From: a bacterium
GTDB taxonomy: Bacteria; JAMCPX01
Reading direction: 5' to 3'
NCBI GenBank assembly: GCA_037439545.1
Contig: JBBIVV010000012.1
Coordinates: 1 to 58,080, forward strand
Length of the DNA: 58,080 nucleotides
The notes below the pieces were generated by a model. It worked only from the letters and a program-made list of their open reading frames with translations, did not search any database and was not told the DNA's origin. Each line of letters opens with the position of its first letter. Within the stretch, counting starts at the first letter, position 1. Positions 40,327 through 49,898 of this stretch are shown here, one piece after another. A program made the translations under genes and the position numbers.

Positions 40327-41354
40327 TTCACGAACCTCGCTGCTTCCGCCGTGTATTTTGGAGATGCCTGCACGATGAGCTTTAAAACAGCAGACTCCAC
40401 ATCTTCAACTGAAATATCTTTCATGCATTTATGGTGTACATACCTGCACCTATCCGAACCGTGTAAACTGCATGGCCTGCACGGTATGGACCTTTCTAAT
40501 ACGATACTTTTGGGACTTGAGGGAAAAAAACCGAATTCCCTGACAGTAGGCCCGAACATGGCAACCAGCGGTGTGCCTGCAGCCTCGGCAAGATGCATCA
40601 GTCCTGTATCACCGCTTACAAAGGCATCCATGACCGATAGGGCATATGCCACCTCCCTCAGAAGGTAATCAGAGGTGTCGATGAGCTTTGAATGCGGTGA
40701 AACAGACAACAGTTCTTCTCTGTCCTTTTCATCCCCTTTGCCGAAAATGAATACGACATGGTAACCTCTTTGTTCGAGTCTTTCTGCAAGTTCTTTATAA
40801 CGTATGATGCCCCACTTTTTTGTATTCCATTTAGCACCCGCGGCCATGCCGATTACTCTATCCATTCCGGCACCGGCATCTCTTAGTATATAACGCCCGG
40901 TTTGCATGTCCTTGCCGCTTATGGGGAGCCAGGGGGTGTCCGGCAATCCCTTGACATCGAAAATACCGGTATACCGTTCCAAAACAGTAGGAAACGAAGA
41001 AACCCTTATGCCTGTCCTTGCAAAAAGTCTGCGGGAAAGGGCACCTTTTTTATATCTCTTCCGTAAAGCTGTATTTAAGAAAGGCATGATAATGTTCGTC
41101 CTGATGCTTCTGTGAAGATCAAATATAATATCATAGTTTTGTTCATTGATCTTTTTTATGAACGGTAGTATGCCCTTATCGTCGAGATAGATGACTTTAT
41201 CAAACGGAGATGGAGGGACAAAGAGACCTTTATACTCGAGCTTCGTGGCAAGATCCACGGTCACACCCGGCATCTTTTGTTTCAAGGCCTTTGCAGCAGG
41301 CATTGTCAGTAGTACATCACCGAGGGAACTGAATCTTAAGAACAATACTTTCAT
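40323..41354 (-). CDS. Glycosyltransferase family 9 (heptosyltransferase-like)
   Basis: RFSSLGDVLL, DLH, GAKWNTKKW, GDTGLMHLA, FGPT, CRPCSLHG. Confidence 0.9.
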   Translation of the reverse strand: MKVLFLRFSSLGDVLLTMPAAKALKQKMPGVTVDLATKLEYKGLFVPPSPFDKVIYLDDKGILPFIKKINEQNYDIIFDLHRSIRTNIIMPFLNTALRKRYKKGALSRRLFARTGIRVSSFPTVLERYTGIFDVKGLPDTPWLPISGKDMQTGRYILRDAGAGMDRVIGMAAGAKWNTKKWGIIRYKELAERLEQRGYHVVFIFGKGDEKDREELLSVSPHSKLIDTSDYLLREVAYALSVMDAFVSGDTGLMHLAEAAGTPLVAMFGPTVREFGFFPSSPKSIVLERSIPCRPCSLHGSDRCRYVHHKCMKDISVEDVESAVLKLIVQASPKYTAEAARFVK

Positions 41355-41355
41355 C

Positions 41356-41395
41356 GTTAACCTCGTCAGAGGCGCGTCGTTCTAACGGGGTAAAA
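41356..41395. repeat. GTNNAC-family palindromic repeat spanning a gene junction
   Basis: GTTAAC-CTCGTCAGA...TCTAACGGG-GTAAAA; encodes the last codons and stop of the radical SAM gene. Confidence 0.6.
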
Positions 41396-42340
41396 TAAAT
41401 TAGCCCAGAACGTGTCGCTCTGAAAGATGAATTCGTTGCACTTTCTGCATATTGGTATTTCGCTTTGTCTGCCCTCTAAATGGAGTGTTCTGAGGGCCTG
41501 CATCTTTTCATCCGTCCAGATCTGTTGAATCGTGTGCTGCATTATATTACCTATAACCACCGTGGAATTAAAGTCCATACAGCAGAACGATACACTTCCG
41601 TCGTAATTTACAATCATCTCTCTCCATGGGTTTTTGCAGGGAAACAAGAATCTTTCATTCTCTTTTTTGTTTTTATTCCTGTCAGGGAATACGCCTGTCC
41701 ATGTATTGTAATGGTTTATGAAAACAGTGTCGGCACTTTTTGACCACTTTTTCGTGAATGCTTCAATCTCTGGCCCGGTAATGTCCATGTCAATCATGGT
41801 AACGGAGACTTTAATCTTTGCGTGATTTTTATTACGCATTTCGATGAAGTTTTCGGTATTGTTCGTAACGGTCTCGAAATTTAGCTGTCTCCTCACTTTT
41901 TCGTAGGTTTCCTTCGTCACCCCGTCTATGTCAATATTGACATTATCAATGCCTGAAGAAATCAGAACGTCGGACATTCCGGCATTCAAAAGCTGTGCAT
42001 TGGTACTTAAGTTAAGCTCAACGTCCGGGAGTGAGTGCTTAATATACCTTATAATCTCCGGAAATTTCGGATGAAGCAGTGATTCTCCGAAGCCGAATAC
42101 ATTGATCTTTTTTAGAGGTTTCCCGGCAGAGTCTTTGCACAGTTTTTCCACGACATCCATGCTTATGTTCCCTATCTTTCTTGTAAGCTGTTCTCTCGGG
42201 CACATAATACATTTAGCGTTGCAGGCATTCGTAAGCTCCAATGAAATGAGCTTGGGGAATTCCAATCTTTTATTCAACAGGAAATCCCTTAAAGGCTTTC
42301 TCACCGGTCCAAGCAGTCTTACTGCCTTGTTAAATTCCAA
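41366..42340 (-). CDS. Radical SAM protein with SPASM/twitch domain
   Basis: CNAKCIMC (CxxxCxxC), GFGESLLHP, STNA, C-terminal CKNPW...DGSVSFCC.D...GNI...CRKC. Confidence 0.9.
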   Translation of the reverse strand: MEFNKAVRLLGPVRKPLRDFLLNKRLEFPKLISLELTNACNAKCIMCPREQLTRKIGNISMDVVEKLCKDSAGKPLKKINVFGFGESLLHPKFPEIIRYIKHSLPDVELNLSTNAQLLNAGMSDVLISSGIDNVNIDIDGVTKETYEKVRRQLNFETVTNNTENFIEMRNKNHAKIKVSVTMIDMDITGPEIEAFTKKWSKSADTVFINHYNTWTGVFPDRNKNKKENERFLFPCKNPWREMIVNYDGSVSFCCMDFNSTVVIGNIMQHTIQQIWTDEKMQALRTLHLEGRQSEIPICRKCNEFIFQSDTFWANLFYPVRTTRL

Positions 42341-43361
42341 GTAATCGCTCCAATTTTTTCATTACATCTTCTGTTTTTATTGTATCCATACAATCATAAT
42401 ATAAACATTTTTTATTACAATGATATTTTTCATTACATTGCACATCAGGCTCTACTATCGCTACGTTATCGAGCAAATAAGGCGCCCATCTCGTTTTTGA
42501 CTGTGCTTTTACAGGTGAAAACAATGTTACTACAGGCCTGCCGAGCGCAGCAGCAATATGCATGGGACCTGTTGACGGAGCTATTACCGCCTGCGAAAAA
42601 AACAATACTGTCTTTAACTGCTGCATGGACAATACACAGCACATATCCTTAATGTTTTTATCGTTATCAAATTTTATAATTATACCATTCACGAATTCAA
42701 TGTCAACATAACTGCCTGTTATAACAACCGGTACATTATACTTGTCAACAATTGCCCTGATCAATGCAGCATAGTGATCTGCCGGCAGGTTTTTTGCAGA
42801 CCCGCCCATGCCCGGATGAACAACAAAATAACTAAACGGCTTTATGCCTTGATTCAGCAAGAACCGCTCACATCCGTCTTTATTATCAGACAGGTATACA
42901 TGCGGCCTTATATCCGTGTCATCTATGCCGAGCGGTTTCAACAGCATAAGGTTATAAGCTGCCTCATTATAGTGAGACTGCTTTCGATGCTGTTTTATAA
43001 CATCGGTCAACAGGAAAGGAGAATATACTCTGGAACCGGGGCCTATGATGCGTTTTATACCCGCGAGTTTTACAGCAAGAGCCGGATAGAAAGACATAAA
43101 CAGTTCGACGGCAGTATCAATATGTTTTTCTCTTATTTCCCGTGAAAGCTTTAAAATACCGTCTTTACCGTTGTGGACTCCCCCAGGGTCATAAGCGATA
43201 AATTCATCTATGAAAGGATTATCGCTCAGAACGTCTTTTACGCCTTTGTGCACCATCACCACAAGATATGCGCCCTGTATATGCTTTTTTATTGCCTCAA
43301 AAACAGGTGTTGAAAGCACGACGTCCCCTATTCTATCTGTCCTGCAGATAAGGATTCTCAT
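42330..43361 (-). CDS. Glycosyltransferase family 9
   Basis: RTDRIGDVVLSTP, HPGMGGSA, STGPMHIAAALG. Confidence 0.9.
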   Translation of the reverse strand: MRILICRTDRIGDVVLSTPVFEAIKKHIQGAYLVVMVHKGVKDVLSDNPFIDEFIAYDPGGVHNGKDGILKLSREIREKHIDTAVELFMSFYPALAVKLAGIKRIIGPGSRVYSPFLLTDVIKQHRKQSHYNEAAYNLMLLKPLGIDDTDIRPHVYLSDNKDGCERFLLNQGIKPFSYFVVHPGMGGSAKNLPADHYAALIRAIVDKYNVPVVITGSYVDIEFVNGIIIKFDNDKNIKDMCCVLSMQQLKTVLFFSQAVIAPSTGPMHIAAALGRPVVTLFSPVKAQSKTRWAPYLLDNVAIVEPDVQCNEKYHCNKKCLYYDCMDTIKTEDVMKKLERLLGI

Positions 43362-43374
43362 ACGTTTACACTGA

Positions 43375-44382
43375 TCATACCTTACCCATCAGCTCTTTCG
43401 CAGCCTTCAACACAGCATCAGGCGTAATTGCTTTCATACAGAGGAAATGACCCTCAGGGCATTTCATGGGTCCATGTGCAGAACATGGTCTGCAGTAAAG
43501 CCCCGTGTTTTCAATTACCATGGTATTCGGTCTTATGGGTGCAAACCCCTGTGATGGGACAGTAGGACCAAAAATTGACACGAGAGGTGTACTGACCGCC
43601 TGTGCCACCTGCATTGCACCGTTATCATTCGTTATAATGAGTTCAAAGCTCGAGATTAACTCTGCAAGCTCGATTAAATCCGTCTTACCGGCCATATCCT
43701 CTACGTCAACCCCTGCCATAGATTTTATTCTATCCGAGACCATCCTGTCTTGACCGCTGCCTATGATAACCACCCGGTATCCATTTTTATTCAACGTGCG
43801 TATAAGCTCTGCATATCCGGTGTCTGTCCATTGCTTTGTCCCCCATGTAGAACCGGGCGCTATTCCGACGACTCTTTTTTGCCTGAAGGTATTTTTTGTT
43901 CTCAATAGGGGATACCGGTCATCTTCCGATAATTCCAGATGAAACGGTTTCAGAAGCGACAATATGCGATCGATTTCGTGCATATCCTTATGCCTCGTAA
44001 GACGGAAATTATAAAATGGTATCAGATGCAGAAGATTATAACCTATCCTTTGTCCGGCACCCGAAAACAGCGCAAGGAGCCCTGACCTCAAAGAACGATG
44101 CGGGGATATGACTGTATCGATGGTATAACGTCTGATTTCTTCAATCTTCTTCAATAAAGCTTTATTACCCTTATCGGCGCCCTTTTTATCGTATACAATA
44201 ATCTTATCGGTAATGTGCTGGCCGTCGAGTAAGGATTTACCGACAGGTGTGGTAAGTAAAAGCAGTTCTATACCAGGCCTGTATTTTCTTAACGCTCTTA
44301 ATAAGGGTATGGTAAGTACTATATCGCCAAGGAACGCTGTTTGGATAACAAGAACACGTTGCGGCTCATTTCTTTTGTTCAT
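43375..44382 (-). CDS. waaF: Lipopolysaccharide heptosyltransferase II-like (GT9)
   Basis: QTAFLGDIVLTIP, SPHRSLRS, APGSTWGTKQW, NDNG, FGPT, CRPCSAHGP..CP..HF.CM. Confidence 0.8.
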   Translation of the reverse strand: MNKRNEPQRVLVIQTAFLGDIVLTIPLLRALRKYRPGIELLLLTTPVGKSLLDGQHITDKIIVYDKKGADKGNKALLKKIEEIRRYTIDTVISPHRSLRSGLLALFSGAGQRIGYNLLHLIPFYNFRLTRHKDMHEIDRILSLLKPFHLELSEDDRYPLLRTKNTFRQKRVVGIAPGSTWGTKQWTDTGYAELIRTLNKNGYRVVIIGSGQDRMVSDRIKSMAGVDVEDMAGKTDLIELAELISSFELIITNDNGAMQVAQAVSTPLVSIFGPTVPSQGFAPIRPNTMVIENTGLYCRPCSAHGPMKCPEGHFLCMKAITPDAVLKAAKELMGKV

Positions 44383-44548
44383 CAAGCTTTATTGCCTCAT
44401 CCACGAGCATCACGGGTATATCATCGACTATAGGATATTTAAGATTGCACGTACGGCATACGAGTCCGGAATTGTCCGGTTCAAGTTCAAGCTCCCCTTT
44501 GCACCTGGGGCATGCAAGTATATCGAGCAATTCTTTACTTATAGCCAT
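44366..44548 (-). CDS. Trm112/YcaR family protein
   Basis: LLDILACPRCKGEL...C..C...YPIVDDIPVMLVDEA. Confidence 0.92.
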   Translation of the reverse strand: MAISKELLDILACPRCKGELELEPDNSGLVCRTCNLKYPIVDDIPVMLVDEAIKLDEQKK

Positions 44549-44585
44549 AATTCATCTCCTTAATAATTTGTAATAATACGGGTAA

Positions 44586-44659
<74 letters not shown>

Positions 44660-44683
44660 TTAAGGTCAAAAGTTATAGATATG

Positions 44684-44712
44684 TATATAATGTTTGTCCG
44701 CTTTATTGTCAA
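44684..44712 (-). promoter_or_regulatory. Putative sigma70 promoter for tRNA-Gln and the LPS cluster
   Basis: Minus strand TTGACA-17 nt-TATATA, about 25 nt upstream of the tRNA. Confidence 0.55.
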
Positions 44713-44790
44713 CTTCGTGTTTTATTTCGATATACTGGACCATGCAGACTTGCAAGGAAAGAACTTGAAGCCGGTATCCGAAACTTGGTT

Positions 44791-46443
44791 TTATAAACCT
44801 CTGTATTCCCCGAATATCCCTTTCAAGACATCGATAATCTCTCCGACGGACGCATACGCCCGGACTGCCTCATATACATAAGGCATGAGATTTTCTTTGG
44901 AGCTTGCTGCACTTTTTAATTTCTTCAGGATAGCTTCTACCGTCTTATTATCCCTGTCCATTTTGACCTGATGAAGGCTTCGTATCTGTGCTTCTTCAAT
45001 TGCAGGGTCGACCTTGAGCATATCGAAGTCCCTGTTTTCCCGTTCTGCGAACTCATTCATTCCGACTATAATAGTTTCTTTCTTCTCGACAGCCTGTTGA
45101 TACTTGTAAGCAGAATCCTCAATTTCGTTTTTAAAAGAACCATTCTGTATCCATTTTATGGCACCGCCTGTCTTTTCTATCCTGTTGAGATAATTATTCA
45201 CCCTTCCTTCTATTTCACTGGTAAGCGATTCGACGGCATATGAACCTGCAAAGGGATCGACAAAGTCGGCAACACCCGACTCATGGGCGATAACCTGCTG
45301 GGTCCTGAGCGCGAGTTTTACCGATGGCTCAGACGGGAGTGCAAGGGCTTCATCCTTTGAATTCGTATGCAATGACTGTGTCCCGCCGAGAACAGCGGCA
45401 AGTGCCTGTATCGTTACCCGGACGACATTGTTGTCGGGCTGCTGGGCGGTCAATGTCGAACCGCATGTCTGTGTGTGGAACCTCAGCATCATTGACTTTG
45501 GATTCTTTGCATTGAATTTATGTTTCATTATGCCTGCCCATATCCGTCTTGCTGCCCTGAATTTCGCTACCTCCTCAATCAGATTATTATGTACCCCGAA
45601 GAAGAATGAGAGCCGTGGTCCAAAATCATCTATATCGAGTCCGGCTTTGATTCCGCTTTTTACATACTCGATTGCATCGGCAAAGGTGAATGCAAGCTCC
45701 TGCACTGCATTCGCACCCGCTTCGCGTATATGATAACCCGATATGCTTATCGAATTGAAATTCGGCAGATGAGGTTTACAGTATGCGAATACATCCGTTG
45801 TAATGCGCATTGAAGGCTCTACAGGGAATATATATGTACCCCGTGCGATGTATTCCTTTAATATATCGTTCTGGATGGTACCGGTAAGTTTGTCATGTGC
45901 AACTCCCTGTTTGTCGGCAACAGCCATGTACATACCCAGCAGGATCACCGATGTGGCGTTGATGGTCATAGATGTACTGACCTTATCGAGCGGAATACCG
46001 TCGAAAAGTATCTCCATGTCCTTCAGCGTATCAATGGCAACCCCTACCCTTCCCACTTCTCCTGCGGATGCAGGATTGTCGGAATCGTACCCCATCTGCG
46101 TAGGCAGATCGAAAGCAACCGAAAGCCCTGTCTGACCCGCATGAAGCAGCAGTTTGAAACGCTGGTTTGTTATGAATGCATCGCCGAAACCTGCATACTG
46201 ACGCATGGTCCAGAACCTTGTCCTGTACATGAGGGGCTGTATGCCCCGTGTAAATGAGTATTCGCCGGGAAAACCACAATCGGAAAGGTAATCGAAAGGC
46301 TCAGTATCGAGAGGAGTATAGAGAGGTTTTATATTTATTTCAGATGAAGTGGTGAATTCCTTCTTCCTTGTTCTGACCGATGACAACCCCTGCTCCCATT
46401 TCCCGAAACGCTGCTTGAGTTCATCATCGCTTCTTTTTCTCAT
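44791..46443 (-). CDS. Methylmalonyl-CoA mutase, substrate-binding (large) subunit without B12-binding domain
   Basis: [55 protein letters not shown]; Tyr/Arg specificity pair is MCM-type rather than isobutyryl-CoA mutase (Phe/Gln). Confidence 0.93.
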   Translation of the reverse strand: MRKRSDDELKQRFGKWEQGLSSVRTRKKEFTTSSEINIKPLYTPLDTEPFDYLSDCGFPGEYSFTRGIQPLMYRTRFWTMRQYAGFGDAFITNQRFKLLLHAGQTGLSVAFDLPTQMGYDSDNPASAGEVGRVGVAIDTLKDMEILFDGIPLDKVSTSMTINATSVILLGMYMAVADKQGVAHDKLTGTIQNDILKEYIARGTYIFPVEPSMRITTDVFAYCKPHLPNFNSISISGYHIREAGANAVQELAFTFADAIEYVKSGIKAGLDIDDFGPRLSFFFGVHNNLIEEVAKFRAARRIWAGIMKHKFNAKNPKSMMLRFHTQTCGSTLTAQQPDNNVVRVTIQALAAVLGGTQSLHTNSKDEALALPSEPSVKLALRTQQVIAHESGVADFVDPFAGSYAVESLTSEIEGRVNNYLNRIEKTGGAIKWIQNGSFKNEIEDSAYKYQQAVEKKETIIVGMNEFAERENRDFDMLKVDPAIEEAQIRSLHQVKMDRDNKTVEAILKKLKSAASSKENLMPYVYEAVRAYASVGEIIDVLKGIFGEYRGL

Positions 46444-46970
46444 ACTGAGACTCCCGTATCGATATCCAGGATTGCTGCATCCTTTTCGAGTTTGTCGTTT
46501 ACCTTCACATAAACCCCGGTTATGGTACCGTCTGCCGGTGATTTCAGCTCGTTTTCCATCTTCATTGCCTCTACCACGACGAGCGACTGGCCCTTTTTAA
46601 CCTGTTCGCCGGTCGATACTTTTACATCGATGACTTTGCCGGGTATAGGTGCCAACATCTGAATAAATTTCTTACCGTCGTGAAGTTTCTTATCTTTGTT
46701 TTTAACGGCATCGAAGGGATTTTTCACGTGAACCAAAAAGTTATGTCCATTCACACACACAACAGTACCCGTCTTGTCTTTATATGAGATTACATCGTAA
46801 GATCTTCCAAGGCTTAAAATAGAATAGAGAGTAATAGTTGCATTCCGATGTATCAAAGATACATCCACATGAATGTCCTTGCCGTCAACGAAGCATGTAT
46901 AACCGCCCTTTTCAGAAGGTACGATATCAACGGTATGCTCAATGTCATCAATGCCTATATTTATTTTCAC
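46440..46970 (-). CDS. Biotin carboxyl carrier protein
   Basis: APIPGKV...[10 protein letters not shown] biotinylation motif. Confidence 0.92.
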   Translation of the reverse strand: MKINIGIDDIEHTVDIVPSEKGGYTCFVDGKDIHVDVSLIHRNATITLYSILSLGRSYDVISYKDKTGTVVCVNGHNFLVHVKNPFDAVKNKDKKLHDGKKFIQMLAPIPGKVIDVKVSTGEQVKKGQSLVVVEAMKMENELKSPADGTITGVYVKVNDKLEKDAAILDIDTGVSV

Positions 46971-47056
46971 TCTTCACATTACCTCATGAGAAATTGTTCT
47001 TCGTTATATACATAACTGCCGCAGAAAACACAACAAAGAAGAGAGAAAGTATCCCT

Positions 47057-47716
47057 CTATATTTTTTTTACTCTTCTTCTTACTGAACGGATAATATCGG
47101 GTAACAATACATTATTGCCTAAATTTATGAAAACATCCGGTATACTTGTTCCTATGTCCACTAAGGCTGTATAAACAACGAGGGTCTTATCATCGGCATA
47201 AGGGGTGAGTGTCCATGAACCTTGATCAGCTTTCACATTACCTGCGATCATATTCCACGTTTGCTGCAACATGTTGTTTCCTTTGATATCGGTAAGTTCG
47301 ATTATATACCAAATATTTTTGAATGGCCACGGCATGTCCACAAGATTAAAGCAATGCCCGGTAGCAGCGGTCATTTCATTTATTTGATGTTTTTTTAAAA
47401 AATCTATAAGTACCGATGGGTCACTCGCAGAATGATCGAAATTTAGATCGAGTGCCTGCCTGAGTACGGATGAATCAAAGAGTATACTCTCGCTTACTCT
47501 CGGCATAAAATCTTTGAAGTTGTTACTATCATGGATGACTTTCCATACATTTTGCATAGGGGCATCTATTACAGCTACGGCAATCCCATTTTTAATATCT
47601 GTTCCCGCCACAGATTTAAGGAGTCTGACAATCTCACCTTTTTTAACTTCCGTAATTTGCTGATCGGTAAGTTGCAATTTATAATTTTTTTCAAACTGCT
47701 CTTTTGTTAAATCCAT
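47057..47716 (-). CDS. SRPBCC/START-like (polyketide cyclase/dehydrase) domain protein
   Basis: IDAP...VWKVI.D...F.DFMPRV..S, MPWPF, GSWTL.P, IPD motifs. Confidence 0.7.
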   Translation of the reverse strand: MDLTKEQFEKNYKLQLTDQQITEVKKGEIVRLLKSVAGTDIKNGIAVAVIDAPMQNVWKVIHDSNNFKDFMPRVSESILFDSSVLRQALDLNFDHSASDPSVLIDFLKKHQINEMTAATGHCFNLVDMPWPFKNIWYIIELTDIKGNNMLQQTWNMIAGNVKADQGSWTLTPYADDKTLVVYTALVDIGTSIPDVFINLGNNVLLPDIIRSVRRRVKKI

Positions 47717-49749
47717 TCTTTACCCTCCTTTTGATTCATATACGGATTTATCAATTTAAAGAATTCTTGTTCTGTCATGATCTTTATACCGAGAGTACGT
47801 GCTTTATCAAGCTTTGAACCCGGCTGGTCTCCTACAACCACATAATCCACTTTTTTACTCACTGCTTCAGTAACACTCCCTCCATGCTGCTCCACAAGGC
47901 CTTTTGCCCCATCCCTTGAAATATGTGCAAGCCCTCCGGTAAAGACGAACCTTTTGCCTTTCAGGTGTCCGGTAACAGCCCCTTCATAAGAGTTTTTAAT
48001 CTCGATATGCGATCTTAATTTATTTAATAAAGCCTTGTTTTCCTCTGTGTTAAAGAAATCATAAACACTCCCGGCAATCTCCGGGCCGATTCCCTCTATC
48101 TGCAGGAGTTCTTCTCTGGATACCTTTTCAAGATCATCGATTCCTTTAAATTTCATTGCGAGTGTCCGTGCTATATGTTCTCCGACATGGCGTATACCGA
48201 GTGCAAATATGAACCTGTCAAATTGCGCATCCCTGCTTTTCCGGATGGCGTCAATGAGCTTTTGCGCAAGTACATCGCCCATTCTCTCGATAGATATGAT
48301 GTCATCCTTTTTCAGACTGTACAGGGATGAGACATCTAAAATGATGCCGTTGTCAACAAGGGTGCCGATCCATTTTTCACCCAGTCCTTCTATGTCCATG
48401 GCGCCCCGGCCCGCAAAATGTCCTATCCTCTCTTTCACCTGGGCAGGACATGATATGTTTATGCACCGGTAGTAAACCTCATCTTCGGGTTTCTCAACCT
48501 TTGAGCCGCACACAGGACATCTTTCCGGCATTTTAAAAGGCTTTTCTTTACCTGTTCTTTTTTCTTTTACAACATTTACAACACCGGGTATGACATCTCC
48601 TGCCCTTTCTACGACAACGGTATCGCCTATCCTTATATCTTTTTTATCCACTTCATCCTGATTGTGAAGCGTCGAACGCTGTATCCTTGCCCCTCCGATG
48701 GTAACCGGTTCCAGCAATGCAACCGGGGTAAGTATTCCTGTCCTCCCGACCTGAGGGACAATATCAAGCACCCTGCTCATCGCTGTTCTCGGTTTGAATT
48801 TATAAGCAATTGCCCATCGCGGATTGCGTGAGACCTCGCCCAGGGACCTCTGGAGCGGGATCGCATTTATCTTGAAGACGACACCGTCACATTCATACGG
48901 CAGCTTGTCCCTCATATTCTCAATATCTGAAAAATATCTGAACACATCGTCTTTAGTGTAGAGCAATTCATTGAGCGTATTGGTCTTTAGTCCCCATGCC
49001 TTGAAATGTTGAAGCATGTCCATGTGAGTTTTGAACTCCGTACCTTCGCAGCTCCCGACCGCATACAAAATTATATCGAGGTTGCGATCAGCGGTAACTT
49101 TTGGGTCCAGTTGTCTCAGCGAACCGGCAGCAGCGTTCCTCGGATTACTGAATACAGGCTCTCCACGCTCTTCACGCTGTGTGTTGAGACGCAGAAAGTC
49201 TTTTTTATTCATGATAACCTCTCCGCGCACCTCAATCCTCTCCGGTAACTTATATGTATCATCGATAAGATACATGGGTATACTCTTGACCGTCCTGAGA
49301 TTCTGCGTTACATCTTCACCTGTATAACCGTCGCCCCTTGTAGAACCCGTCTTAAAAACTCCCCGTTCATAGAGAAGCTCGACGCCGAGCCCGTCAAGCT
49401 TTGGTTCTCCGACAAAATCATAGGGTCCGCTCCTGCCGAGAAATCTATCGATTCGCCCGGAAAACTGCTCGAACTCTTCGGGAGAAAACACATTGTCGAG
49501 GCTCAACATCGGCACCGTGTGCTTGACCTGGTCAAACTTATCGAGGGGCTTTGGTCCGACGCGCTGTGTCGGAGAATTGGGATCGAAATAGTGCGGATAC
49601 CGATCTTCAAGCCCCTTTAATTCCCTGAACAAACGGTCGTACTCGTCATCAGGAATCTCCGGAGAATCAAGATTATAGTAGAGATTATTATGATGATCTA
49701 AAGTACGCCTTAGTACCTTTATTCTTTTTTCATCCTCATGCAGGCCCAT
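47707..49749 (-). CDS. ligA: NAD-dependent DNA ligase
   Basis: YY..D.PEIPD.EYD, PMLSLDN, EPKLDG, TRGDG, NPRNAAAGSLRQLD, Zn finger CPVC, BRCT; start placed at ATG 49749. Confidence 0.98.
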   Translation of the reverse strand: MGLHEDEKRIKVLRRTLDHHNNLYYNLDSPEIPDDEYDRLFRELKGLEDRYPHYFDPNSPTQRVGPKPLDKFDQVKHTVPMLSLDNVFSPEEFEQFSGRIDRFLGRSGPYDFVGEPKLDGLGVELLYERGVFKTGSTRGDGYTGEDVTQNLRTVKSIPMYLIDDTYKLPERIEVRGEVIMNKKDFLRLNTQREERGEPVFSNPRNAAAGSLRQLDPKVTADRNLDIILYAVGSCEGTEFKTHMDMLQHFKAWGLKTNTLNELLYTKDDVFRYFSDIENMRDKLPYECDGVVFKINAIPLQRSLGEVSRNPRWAIAYKFKPRTAMSRVLDIVPQVGRTGILTPVALLEPVTIGGARIQRSTLHNQDEVDKKDIRIGDTVVVERAGDVIPGVVNVVKEKRTGKEKPFKMPERCPVCGSKVEKPEDEVYYRCINISCPAQVKERIGHFAGRGAMDIEGLGEKWIGTLVDNGIILDVSSLYSLKKDDIISIERMGDVLAQKLIDAIRKSRDAQFDRFIFALGIRHVGEHIARTLAMKFKGIDDLEKVSREELLQIEGIGPEIAGSVYDFFNTEENKALLNKLRSHIEIKNSYEGAVTGHLKGKRFVFTGGLAHISRDGAKGLVEQHGGSVTEAVSKKVDYVVVGDQPGSKLDKARTLGIKIMTEQEFFKLINPYMNQKEGKEWI

Positions 49750-49898
49750 GGGCTTTAACCTTATCCATACGCATCTTTTTTTACATACAACAATATACCT
49801 GAACTCAGCAAGCATTAAGAGCAACGTGGTGTAATCCGCTTCCCGTATCGTTTTTCTGGGTTGATTGACAAAAATAAAGTTTACGATATGTATAGAGT

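Noticed and set aside
44791..46443. Possible isobutyryl-CoA or other variant mutase
   Set aside because: RQY and IARG residues match methylmalonyl-CoA specificity
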